From Neodothiora populina (lineage: Eukaryota): a stretch of DNA of 64,000 bases. Shown one piece after another: positions 1 to 12,272 of the stretch. Numbering within the stretch: the stretch's first letter is position 1; each line of letters starts with the position of its first letter. The stretch spans positions 2,232,001 through 2,296,000 of the forward strand of contig NW_027191413.1 of NCBI RefSeq assembly GCF_041146345.1, read 5' to 3'. The position numbers and the translations under genes were made by a program. Under the pieces are notes generated by a model, which saw nothing but the letters and a program-made list of their open reading frames with translations, had not been told where the DNA came from and made no database searches.

Positions 1-1
1 T

Positions 2-1420
2 CGAGGATGGTCGCATCGTGGCTTCGCTTCAAAGTCAGGTATTGGTACCTCTTCATGGCGTATACCTGCCGCAACTATGGAACGTTCAGCTGAGACGAGA
101 GACCTTCCGCTCGGCTTGCTCGTGCGTTCTGTCACACGCGACGCTCTTGACGAAAACAACTATTCGGAAGATAGCGTAGCAAAGATCTCTGATTGCGATT
201 ATATTGCATCTTACAATTGGACCACCGACAAACACCCAACTATTATAGTTCCTGGTAAGATAATCATCATCGTTAATGTTTTGAACATTGTGACCAAACT
301 TCTGAGCAGGCGAGCCTCCTTGCTGGTCACCACCTGACAAGCAAGGTCGGTTGGATGAAGACAGTGGGATATACTATCGGGATTCCAACGCCGCGAAGTA
401 TTCCGATAACCCAACTGAGCCGGGCGTGCGCGCGCTTTTGCAGGAGGACATGAAGCTCGAGACTAATGAAATCGACGTGTTCGCTTGCGGAAGCATTCTT
501 CGCAGCTTGCTTCAATTCGTAAGCCCAGACACCAGGGCTAAACCTTTCGGATTTCTGGTTGAGCTTGTTGGCAACACTGTTTTCTTCATGCGTCGAGAGA
601 AGAGTCCCACACAGATCATTGAAGACGTCCGCGGGTTTGGACACTCCTTTCCAGCTAGATATTGTGCCTGGGACGCGGGAGTTGCAGGATCTGATTCGCA
701 TCAGCGGCTCATTCGCTACAACCTTGGTGGACTGGCATGCATCGTCAGATCACAAACAGATGGCTATCCTCCCGACCTTGCAGAACTGAAGCTTAAACAC
801 GCTCCAGAAGCTGACGACCAGGCGCGCTTCATCACGCCAGCCCCCGCTCAAACAAAACTATCGCTCGAACGCACTGGCCGTCGTATACCTCAGGACAGCA
901 TCTTCGATCTCAAGACCCGCTCCATAAAGTGTCGTGAGATGATCAACACTCTAGAGGAAGAACTGCCTCGTCTCTGGCTGACTCAAACCCCAAACTTCGT
1001 TTTAGCCTACCACAAACAAGGACTTTTCGCGCACGACGATATAGAGATCATAGACGTGCGTGAGAAAGTCAAGGACTGGGAAGAGGAGAATGTCAAGACG
1101 ATTGCCCGGCTGATGAAGTTGATGAAAATCATTATTGCAGCTGTTAAAGCTAGAAAAGACGGGAGGTTGGAGGTCGTCTGCACCATGGCCGACAGGTCTC
1201 TGGAACTACGTGAGCAGACGGACGATCTACCTGCTGCTCTACCCCCCGTCTTGATGGCGCTCTGGTCAGCTGGTGGTGGTGGTGGTATTACTGCTGCTGG
1301 TGCTGGCGCTACTGCTACGAACGATGTGCGCCATGCTGGGAAGGAGGAAGGAGAGGACGACGATGATAAGACGTGGAGCGGAGGCTCGGACGAAGACGCA
1401 TTGTGTTTGTCCGATGAAGA

Positions 1421-1453
<33 letters not shown>

Positions 1454-1475
1454 AACAGGTCTCTACCCCTTTTGA
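2..1475 (+). CDS. 5'-truncated fungal protein of the family often auto-annotated as geranylgeranyl pyrophosphate synthetase; probably a RAI1/DXO-like PD-(D/E)XK fold
   Basis: Frame is open from position 2 through ORF 77..337. A GT-AG intron at 255..309 joins it in frame to ORF 351..1475. Motifs ASYNW, IVPGEPP, GFGHSF, RSQTDGY, FDLKTR and LWLTQTP. Acidic/Gly tail encoded by (GAT)n and (GGT)n. Confidence 0.7.
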
Positions 1476-1941
1476 AAGCAGCGGCTTGTAAACAGATCCA
1501 CGCCTGGGAAGCATGAAATTTGGTAAGGTATACTTCGTATCTAGATTACTCTCGGACAATTATTTGGCGTCACTGCCAGAACTCTCTCATTACAGTAGAG
1601 CAGTAGCATGCAACATGCAATAGTAAAGCATGTGAGCAAACAAGCGAAAACAGAATCCCATTGAACGAACCCCACAAACCCATGCTACTCCCTCATCGAA
1701 GCTGACTTATGCTACTAACAATTGTGTTGGCCGCTTCACCCGTCTTTTGTCTAGAGAGTGCCGATTTATCGCCTGATCTCCTTCCTGAATGCGATCGATC
1801 TCTGGGGCAAAGGGGGTGATGAATGTGTGTGGACGGGCGAGTACAGCCGTCTCTTATTCTTCTCGTGCTTCTTCTCTTCTTCTATTTCCTGTTGTTCTAC
1901 GTTTCTGCGTACTATCCGCCGTCTTACACGCCGTCTCCTTA

Positions 1942-2015
1942 CGGTGGTGGCGGTAGTGGTAGTGGTCGTAGTGGTAGTGGTCGTAGTCGTAGTAGTCTCA
2001 GCCGTAGTAGCAGTA
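1942..2015. repeat. Imperfect (GTA/GTG/GTC)n trinucleotide tract just downstream of the RMD5 stop
   Basis: ggtggtggcggtagtggtagtggtcgtagtggtagtggtcgtagtcgtagtagt is read directly. Confidence 0.8.
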
Positions 2016-2039
2016 CTAATCCTCGGCATCGTTTGCAAA

Positions 2040-3692
2040 TCACAGAATGACTTTCTTGGCATCCCGAGGATAACTCTCGACGGGGCAATATGGACACTTG
2101 AATCTTCTCGGGAGGAGTCAGTATTTAATTGACGATTCTTTGACGAGGAATGGACTAAGAACAGAGTGGTGATGGGAATGTCCGACACAGATCGAAAAAG
2201 ATACTTACTTGTTCCCTCTACTGATCTTCTCCATGGATTCTTTGGCGATGACATGCCCACAAGGAAGCATCATTGGCGGGTTCGCGTCTGTGGCTTGTTC
2301 TTTGCTGACTGGACATACAAAGATGGAGTGGAAGAGGTAACTTGGTGGTAGTGGGATTTCGACCTGGAGAGGGGTATCTGTCAATACAAATAGGCACTCA
2401 CGACAGAAGAAGAAAGGAGCATACCGGTAGCTCGTTGACGCTGGTCCATTGGCCTCCTACTTCGCCCATAACGCGTTCCAATTTTTCCAATACTGGCAGT
2501 GCAATACCACCGGCTGTTACCGCCGTGTATAGTGGCGATTGCTCGCTAAGTCCAAGCATGCCGCAGAACTCCCTTACAAAGCTTTTGGAGACATCATTCC
2601 ATGCTTCAGAGTCGTAGAATACGTTCTTGTAGGGCGAAGTCACCAGTTCAGGGGAGAAAGCAAGAGATCCTACAAGAGCTGTTGTTTCTCTCAGTTGTCG
2701 CTTGGAAAAGTGTGAGAAGGTATTTCGTGCGTACTCGAGAGCGCGTAGTGGACCGTTCATGTTGAAGTATGGTCCAATCGCTCCGCCTTCTGTCACGACA
2801 TCCGAGTCGGAAGTAGAGTTGTACAACTCGACGAAACGCAACCTACAGAGCTCAAATTCGAGGTTGGAACCACGTAATTCGAGGGCCTCGCTGTGTTTAC
2901 GAGCCCACTGGATTGCGGGTTGTAGATCGTGGTTGTTCTTCAGGGCGTGTAGGATATGATACATTTCTGTGAACTTTGCCTGCAGTTCGCCGGCTCCTAC
3001 TTTTGCTGCCGACTCTGTGGAGGTGCTCGAGTTGAATGAGACGCCGCCGCCGGAGTCATTGGTCCAAGGATTTGGTCGAGCATCTTCCATCTCTACATCG
3101 TCGTTGACAAATGGCGAAGGTGGACCTCCAGTAGCGCCGGCCGACCAGTCGGACGGGGTTCCCGTCGCCACGTCCTGAGGTGGGGTTTTGGCGTTCGCTT
3201 CGGCGATGAAGGTCGAGGCCACTCCGAACTGACCTTCACGAAGAAGATGCATTGCTATTGCCCGATTGGTGAGGGCTTGACGAGAAGACAGAGGATCATC
3301 GTTGCCTGAAGGAAGAGCAACTGGTCTGAATTTCTGCATACTTTCGTCAATATCTTCGCAGAAGCCTTTACTCTATCCACGCTGACCTTATCAAGAGCCT
3401 TGGAGTATTTGTTCAATGAAGAATATATCTCTTTGAGATCCGCGTTGACTTTGTCGAAGGAGCTGTCTAGTGGTGACTTCAACTTGGCCAGAGTCATAGC
3501 ATGCGAGGTGGGATCTATAGTGGCTATCAACACATGTGACTATCTCCCCGCTGAGTTCTGCATCTTCATACCAGCTGCTACGGATGCTCTCGCATTGGTC
3601 AGAAGGTCGATTGTCTTTTGTACATCTTCTATAGTCTTTGCCAGATTGCCCTTCTTCTCCAACTTCGACTGCTCTGCCAGCAAGGCTTCCAT
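2040..3692 (-). CDS. RMD5: GID/CTLH E3 ubiquitin ligase RING subunit Rmd5/Gid2 (LisH-CTLH-CRA-degenerate RING), 5 exons
   Basis: LisH ([20 protein letters not shown]) and CTLH ([20 protein letters not shown]). Spliced C-terminus [48 protein letters not shown] at 3692, stop at 2040, four GT-AG introns. Confidence 0.92.
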
Positions 3693-4382
3693 GTTGACGA
3701 CCAGATCAAGCACCTGTCAAAGCTATTCTCTTTCGATTTTACGGTGAACAGAGTCCGGTACTTGAAAAGTCCAGTAGAGCGGTGGATATCGGGTAGCAAA
3801 GTCGGGGATTGGATTTAACTCAGTAGCGAAGGATCATCTTGATCACGGGATTATTTTCATTCTAGAAACATGGTATAGTTGCACGTGTATGGACAGTCGT
3901 CGAGGCAGCAGCAGCAATTGTCCTATGGGAGTCTTATCAGACGAGAGATATATGTTATAGACCAAGGTATAGTAGGCACATGACGTGACGTGGGGTGTTT
4001 GCGGAACGCGGACATGCCAAGCATCCCTCGTCTCCCTCTCCAAATTGCCTCCGCCGACAGTATCTCTTAGCACACTAAACTAAGCTCCCTACAGTAAGAT
4101 TCCGCTCCTGAGTCGTCGTCGTCGTCGTCCGCTCGTATCGCTGCGGTACGGTCCGCCGCATCATCATCATTGGTCGTCTTGCCCTACTACGGTATGTGCA
4201 TTTGTGGAATGCTTGACGCCTTCTGCCCATTCTGCTTGCCATCGGAACAGAGACACCAAAGGACTGTCCACATTATACTCATCTATAAATCACCCATCAG
4301 AGCATTATCAACTATAGCGCATGTGGATGCATAAATCCAAAGTGTCCCTGGATGATGAAAGCGGCTGCGATTGATCTTGCTA

Positions 4383-7162
4383 ATGAGCGGCCTAAAGCGA
4401 ACTAACACCGACTCGGAGAGGCCCCCCGGCCCTCATGAGCCAGAGGTGCAATATGTCGCTGCGGAGTCACCCAAGAGTCCCAGACAAGACTCGCGGAAGT
4501 CTCCCAGTGGAGGCAATAGAGACTCCAGATCAGACCATCGAAATTCCAAAGATTCCGACGAGTCCAAGGACTCCAAGGACCCAACCCGGCAGCGATTCGT
4601 CCTTACAGATCCAATAGCATTCAGGTTTGCCACATCATTGTCTTTCATCAAGGCTTGTAATCCTTACTCATGATCCACTCCAGATATTTGGAAGACGATG
4701 CTTCCGTGACCGTCCTCGAGCGTCGCCGTGAATTGGTCGGCTACGAGATATATGTGGTAGAGCAATGGGCTACTTCCCGATCTCATCCCACTTTTGTCAT
4801 TACCACCTACACTGGCGATCCCACCCATCGAGCCTATGTGGGTGTATTGAGTGTTCCCACTGATGAATCGTCATGGTCTCAACGACTGCGTGTCTATTTC
4901 AAGGCATTGAACCAGTACCATGCTCGAAGAAGGGAGACCCCCCTTGGCATCTTGATGATCACTAACCTATCAGGCTTCCCTTCTTCGTTGACTGTCATTA
5001 CCGTACCAGATGGCGATCTGCGTAAACATCGCTTCGACTTCTTTGTGAATGAGAACTTGAAACGTATGGGCTGTTCAGGCCGAGTTGGTCTCTCGCTGGC
5101 ACAGCCCAATGGAGCAACAACGGCAAAATTTCACCAGCTTTACCGGACAAGCGACAAAAATCCTTTGTATAGTGCTGTCATCGAGCTAGTCAAGCTGTGC
5201 CAGGCTGCTCTGCATCTCTATGACAAACTCGAAATCGACTATGCTGATGGTCTCCTCTGTGATGTTACCGAGAAGGCTGTCAATGACTGGTGGCTTGCCA
5301 TCGGGTCCGAGTTCCACAACATTGAGCCTCACGATGGCATTTTGGGGCCTACCACCGTTGTCGCCTTGCTTGGTCTACTCATGGGTGCGCGCAACCGCAT
5401 GCATGCGATCAATATCTCTGTTCCTAAAGATCCTTTCGATATGGCCCCAATGAAGCGCGCCATAGGCTCCTTTCAGAAGAGTCAACGGATCAACAGGACT
5501 AGGAGACTGGATCGTGAGACTCTTTCTCGATTGCACCGGGCGTCCGCAAAGGCCGCGAGTTCTGAGGGTTGGTCGGTACCACGCGCTGTCAAGTCTACTG
5601 TCGCCGAACTGAGTGGCAAGGGTGGCGAAATGCTGGCCGAGGTTGTAGGTCGCAGGGATAAAGCAGGTATCTCTGAGATTGAAACATCCGACATCGAGCG
5701 TTTCACTCAGCTAGTCTATGGCGAGCGCTGCAGATGGCTCTGGCAGGGCAAGCCACTCAAAAGTATTTCGATGGATAACGAGCTCGCCGTCCCAGAGCGT
5801 CATTTGATACTGCAGCCAGATGAGAACGGTGGCTACACATGGACTGGTGACAAGGATGCCACTTACGGGGCTCAGAACGGAAAAAGTGCTGTCGATGTTA
5901 CTGAGCAAGACCTCGAACCTACACTTTCCAGTAAAGAGGCCATGGAAGACTTGAATGCAGAAGAACCCGCTCCGCACAAGTCCGTCATCAGGCGAGCGAC
6001 CGGTCGCATAAATGTAAAAGGTGCCACAGGTTTCGGTCGCTTCAAGGATGCAGTACGTGGCCATCACCGTGGCACCCCCTCAAAGGATGATCAACCGCAT
6101 ACAGGTCTCGGCGACACGGAACATGGCAGCAGCCGGCCGAGTTTGTGGCGCTCTCACACATCTCCTCCGGTCAGCCCGACGAGCCCGGTAGAGCAAGAGC
6201 ATAAATCAGGAGACGCACTCAAGCCCCCAGAGAATCGCAATCGTGCGGCATCTTACTCCGAAGCCACGGCAGCAGACAAGAATCTCTTGTTACAGACACC
6301 AGAAGAATCTCGGCAGGGGTTCATCCCGTTGGGTCGGCAAAGCCTTGATGAAAAGGCTAAGAAAGACGGCCAATCGAGTGCACAAGACGTCGAGGACAAC
6401 GACACAGCGAGCACACGCGACGCAAAAGCAGACGAGCAAGAGGATGCTGAGTCAAACGAACCATCAATAGCCGGTTCTTTCTACCACGGCATAGACCTCC
6501 ACGATATCTTACCTGAGCCACAAAGCTTCGCTCAAGAAATCGGTCCACTGCTCCGTCGAACGAATTCGCTTTCCACATTCATAACTGCCAACATATCAAA
6601 GCCCCGCGCAGACGACTACTTCCCTCGGCACCTAAGTTTCAGCGTCGCCGAGGAAAGCACGATAAACCCCACCATAGCAAATACTCTATCCAGCCACTCG
6701 ATGCCCACAAAGACAGATCCAATAGAGACTCAATTCGCCTACGAAGTCAACGCCTCATCCGACCTCAAAGAGATGCGCGCCTTGATCGCCAAACTCGACA
6801 GCCGAGAAGCAGCATGGACACGCTCGCAGCTCTTCGCTCTGCGCGCCCTGCTCGACAAAGCAGACGGAGATACGCAGGAGATCGAACAACTCTACTACGA
6901 ACCCTTGACCACGCTGCAAGACCTCCACGACTCGAGCGCCGCACTGATCAGAGACGAAAAGGACGCGCTGGGCGAAGCGGCCAAGGAACTCGAAGCCCTG
7001 TCTGCGCGTATGGATTACGAGATTGGTGCTATGCGAGGCAAGATCGAAGACGTGGAGGTTGGTGTTCAGGACTTTGAAAGGGCTGTCGGCGCCGTCGAGG
7101 ATCGAGTCAAGGATCTCGAGGACGGTGAAGGGAAGGGGGGAAAGATCTGCGTCGTCATGTAG
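4383..7162 (+). CDS. STB6: STB6/STB2-family (Sin3-binding) protein with C-terminal coiled coil and CaaX-like end
   Basis: FVLTDPIAFR|YLEDD across an intron at ~4626..4684, followed by GYEIYVVEQW..RSHPTFVITTYTGDP, typical of the STB6 N-terminal domain. Ends in CVVM. The start codon is uncertain. Confidence 0.8.
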
Positions 7163-10100
7163 ATGGGACGTCGAGGGCAATGATACTTAATACTTCCTTT
7201 GCGGTTATGGCTTCTTGTGTAGGCACTCTGGGGCAGGAAATATGGTGACCTCTGGGTGATAGCGACGGGCAAGGCGTCTCTGGCGCAATTGGGCATTCAC
7301 AACTGTGACGCGCGTTCTTCTGTTCTTGCATTCTTCTCCAAGCAATAGCACTTGTCATATTCATCTTATATGTGTATAATATCTAGTTGCGGCATCCAGT
7401 AAAATGACATCTTTCCTTGTGCGATCTGTCAGAACTGACATGTGTTCACGTATTGTCTGCTTCATTAGTCTGACTGTCTGACTAGGCCAGTCAAAGCAAG
7501 GCTTCCCTTACTTGTTGTATTGCTTCTGTTCCGTAATGAACGCTCGCATCTAATCGACTTACTTGTCAGATCATCGTCCCCACAAGTCACTCCAGCAGAC
7601 ACGCTCACACAGGAGCAGAGGGCGGAACGATGGCTCAATCTACAGTGCCTTGAATAGCATTTGAAATACCTCACCTACCTTACCTTGCCTTACCTTGAAG
7701 ATCTAAGCGTTTTCTCGAAATGGTAATATATCCACGTGCGACGGCGTGTGAACCGGCCATTTTCAATCCACAAGCAAACCACGTGCAGACGGTAATATAT
7801 CGCCGACACGCATCAACAGTGAGCACCAGACTGTTGTACGACCGCATTGCCACGTGCTGCATTGCTTTCCCATACAAGAGCGAAGAAGAAGGAATCCATC
7901 TTGCGTACCATGCATTTGTACCGCGGGCGTGGAAAAGTGAACGTCCGTCCGCGTTTGGCAACGACGACGCTGCTTGGACGGTCTCGGTCGCTTGCGGCCC
8001 ATTCCCTTTTCCCTCTTCAGTCGTGGTCCATTCGCGTCGTTGGTCCACGTCGATCCGCTCGGAGTGCTCCTCCGAGTTTTCTTGCCTGTGGCTTAATAAT
8101 GGGGTAAAATGGGATTTTGGCGCAGTGTGTCATCAGGCATTGGAATGACAGCATCACGGAGGTGAGTGGGTTTTTTTTTTCTTTACCCACGCGCTCTGGA
8201 AATTTGTCGGCCACATGTTTCCCATTCTTGCCATGCGGCATGCAGTAATGGAGATTGACACTCGCGGGGCGAAAGAATGCGTATGCAGTATCCATTTGCC
8301 GGTTGGGCCCCGGGAAGTCGGCTCGGTGGATCATGGCTAGCTAGTTAGTCAATCGTCCGAGTTGGACGACGCGTAGTGGAAAGGGAAAAGCAAAAGCAAA
8401 ATGGCCTCAAAAAGTGACGGAGTGCCCGTCGAGCAGCAAAAGGCTCGATATATAGCTGTATATCCGATCCCAACGACAAGGATGATTTCATAAACGCGAG
8501 TCATTCAGCAGGCGCTTACGGTCGTGGCAGACTCGACACAGCTGCATTGATGGCGAGCTATCACCTTTGACTATTCGTCGAAGATGTATTGTAGCCTGTT
8601 TTGGCCATTTTCCAAAGCAAGATTAGGCAAGCTGGCTCGGGTCTTGGGTTGGCCTGCGACCACGAAGAGCCGCAAGCCCCGTTCCTTCATAGTCGCAAGT
8701 ACTGCGGTGACAGTGAGCGCGCGTCTCTCATTTGCCACTCGAAAGAGCAATCCACGCGACAGCCAAAAGGTCTGGAGATGAAACGGGCCTGTCGATTAAA
8801 GGAAGTCATCGTATGGGTGCACAGCTGTACATTGTGGTGCAGGCTCGAGACAGGCCTATTGATAATATACGGGGAAGGCGATACAGCGTTCTAGGCACGA
8901 GTTGGTCTTTCGAATCAGCGTGGTCCTTCCAACACAACAGACCTGGGAATTTTGGACTCGACATGTGGAGCCTTGATCGACTGATACGAGCTCGGATCCA
9001 CGATGGCCATTTGAAACAAGAGAAGACCGGACACTTTCCTGTATATGAACACGCACTTTGATTCTCTGTATATCCATTTGATAGTTGAACGATCAGAGGC
9101 ATTGTAAGCGATAGCTTGACGCTGCTTTGGCGGCTGACAGTGGAGGCTCGCCGGTTTCCGCACCTCCCTTCGGGGTGACCTCCGTGACGAGCGAACATTT
9201 TTCCGCGCCAAAGGTGATCAGATGAGGAAGGTCGTCACCAATCCAGCCGATGCTAGCATTACCCTGGGGCAGCCGGAAAATCTGGTAAGAGGTGGGATGG
9301 AAGGGTATAATGCATTTATTGGGTTGCAATATTGCGCGCTACACAGAGATATGAATTGCAATTGGGAAAGGATCGGAAAACTTTGAAAGATCGTCAAAGA
9401 GCATTGATCAGAGCTGAATCCATCGAGAAGCCTCGACCGCACTGGGGACCAGCGTTTGGTTAAAGAAAAGAGATGGGCATTGGGGTCGTCTCATGTACAG
9501 TACAGAACGCATATCTGGTTACAAATGTTCCAGAAGCCTTCGATGTGGTCGGCATGACAGAAGCCCTTCACTAGTTGTGTTCAGAAAGTTGTCGTTCGAG
9601 ACACTGTACACTGATGCAGACCGTGATAAAAAAGCGAATGGTGGCACACAGTAGATGGTATCTGTGCACATCCGCGTCTGCGGTCCATCTGCACTGATAG
9701 ATACGGAATCTTAGTATTCGAAGCACACTTGAATGCAATCTACATTTGGGTTTGTTTGGTGCATGGCAAACAATTTTGCTAATCGTTTTCACCGTTGGGA
9801 CAGCCGCATCAACATTAAAAAGGACATGATGACAAGAAATTCGTTGCAATATAACGAACGTGGCAGTGCAGACATGACGTGCGTTGTCGACAGCAAGCAA
9901 AGACAGTGCGGTCAAGGAAACACAAGTAGATTTCTTGGTCTGGATCGTTCTGCTATAGATATTGCGATCTTATCTCTGCTATGCTATCAGCAGCTGCGAT
10001 ATGGGCACCGCAGCGATGACAAGAGGATTTTGGGTGGTCCGAGTCATGGTAAAGAGAACCATCTCCACAAGACTAAAAAGACCCTGCAGCCGAGAGAAGG

Positions 10101-12272
10101 CTCCGCCCGTAGGTAAATAATGAAATTGAACGCTACGGCGAAAGGGACCGAAGACGGTCACTGGAGCTAAGATTGGAGGAATCGTTGGCGTTATGCTGGC
10201 TCCATTTGATCCACAAAGGTAAGATGAGGTAAATCATCCTAAAGTCTGCACGTGTCGGGCATCCCTCACCTCGCACTCGCGACACTGGGTACACTTAGCT
10301 ACGTGTCTTAGCAATCGAGTCCCGTACAAGGGGAGCTGGGGTGGGGGTCAGAGTGAAAGCGACCTTTGGATACGGACCCAAAAGTGCAGATCTCCACTGG
10401 ATGAAACGAGCTCAAGCGAGTCCAACGCCGTCATCTGCGGATCACTGCTATAAAAGGCTCATCCCGCTTGTCGTCGGATATGCGGCAGGGTCAGTGGCCG
10501 ATATTGCTTGCATTTTGTGAAAACACGACTGGACACATATGAAGCGGTGGCGTACGGTGACGGTAGGCGAAAGGCAAGGTGTGATACGTGGTCCAGTAAG
10601 CGACGATGCAGAATGTCTCGGGTGGCGTGTGATGCTGCGCACATGGGTTGAAAAAATGCACGACGAACGACTTACCGTGTGTGTCTGCGAGCGAGCGAGC
10701 TTAGGGTTCGGTGGGAGTGAGTGAGGGAGCGATACGATACATTATCTACTCGTATCATCACTCACAGGACTGTCGCAGAGGAGGGGGGACACGATATGAA
10801 GGTTTATTCGCGAGGCGTAAGAAGATGCCGTAACCCTTCCGTTATTACCTTAGCCTTCACGTTTCTCGGCGCATGGGCAAGCCGCTGGTAGGAGCGAGAC
10901 AGAAAGGGGTCCAAGGCACCGTTGTTCTCCTGGTACCCTTAGCGATCGCTGCTTCTGCGGGAATAGCAAAAGGGGATTTGTCTCTGTCAAAAATGACGGA
11001 CGGAGTTAGGATCAAAGACGCCATGCCTGACGGGTAAAGTATACGCACGGGCGACCCGGTTGTAAATGACTTGGCGAGTGCCCTATTTCGCAGCGATGTT
11101 GCACATTGCATAGTCGTGTCGTGTACGGGCTACGGTAAGGTAAGGTAGAGTTAGCAGTCGCATTTGCCATTTGCCCTTTGCCCATCTGCCTGGTGCTGGA
11201 CCACCTTATCTTCTATTGGGCCTTAGTGACTTTTTCCGTATGTATCTCATGTTGCTCGTACCTAGTCTCCCGACTTCTCGAGGTTATTTTCCTTCTTCCA
11301 TCCTTATCCACCTGAGAGGACAGAAGTCGTAGCTGGAGCAGAGTCGAGCGAGCGATAAGGCAGCGCGACAATCCTACTGTACCACACCTTGCATCTACTA
11401 CCGACTTCCAGCTGACCTTGGTTTTTTATTTCTGCACATCGCCGATCCACTCTCGAGCCTGCCATTTCGTGACGAAGCGCCGGGACAAGCTGCTTGCACT
11501 TGCTCGAGGCACTTTTCACGTCTGTGGTCTTGTGGTTCGTCTTTCTCCTGTGCTTCACTGCCGGATCAAAGATCGATCGAAAGTCGGTCCATTTGGCACG
11601 CGCTCGCATAGCTGCAGCTACCACCCATCATCCAGCCGCTACCTGGCCCTCACTGGACGCTGTCTAGGCCGTCTAGGTGTGTCTAAGTGTGTTTAAGTGC
11701 GTCTCCAAGTCTATGGGGCCTCGCCTTCCACACTAGCCTTATCTCCATTCCCATTTTCAGTCCATTTCACCGCGTTTCCACACTGTACTCGACAGCGTTG
11801 ATGTGCAAGTCAGTGCGGCACCTTCCAACTTGAAGACACGAATAGGGAAAAATCAACAGAATCAAATCCCAGAACCAGAGGGAAACAAGGGGGAAAAAAG
11901 AAATAAGAAACTGAAATAGCTACACGGCTATCTCCCCGCCCCACACGCTCCCTGTGTGTTCAGCGGTCCAGTTCGTACGATCTGACGCAACAGCAAGCGT
12001 ACCTAGTGTAGTGCTGTTCTTCCCAGCCAGCCCCAGCACACAACCAGCGTCTTGTTCTCCGGCGCCGTGCAGCAAGCCACGCTACATCCGCAAGCTGCAA
12101 ACCATCTCTCCGTACCATTACTGTCCTTTCTGTCGCCCACACCACATTCCATCAAAGTCTCATATCGACGAGGGCGTCGCTTACGCCCCTCTCATCCTAA
12201 TCGAGTCACTCATTTTCCTGTCGGTCCCGTATGCGCCTCGACGCGCCGAATTTGAACGACCACTTTTCAAAT

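Noticed and set aside
2103..2108. Tandem GAG/AAG acceptor (NAGNAG) at the last RMD5 intron
   Set aside because: It would change only one residue before FKCPYC, GAG acceptors are rarely used, and there is no evidence for use.
10701..10708. TTAGGGTT as a telomerase RNA template (AACCCUAA on the minus strand)
   Set aside because: It is only 8 nt, expected by chance in 64 kb, and no pseudoknot or CR4/5 element could be identified.
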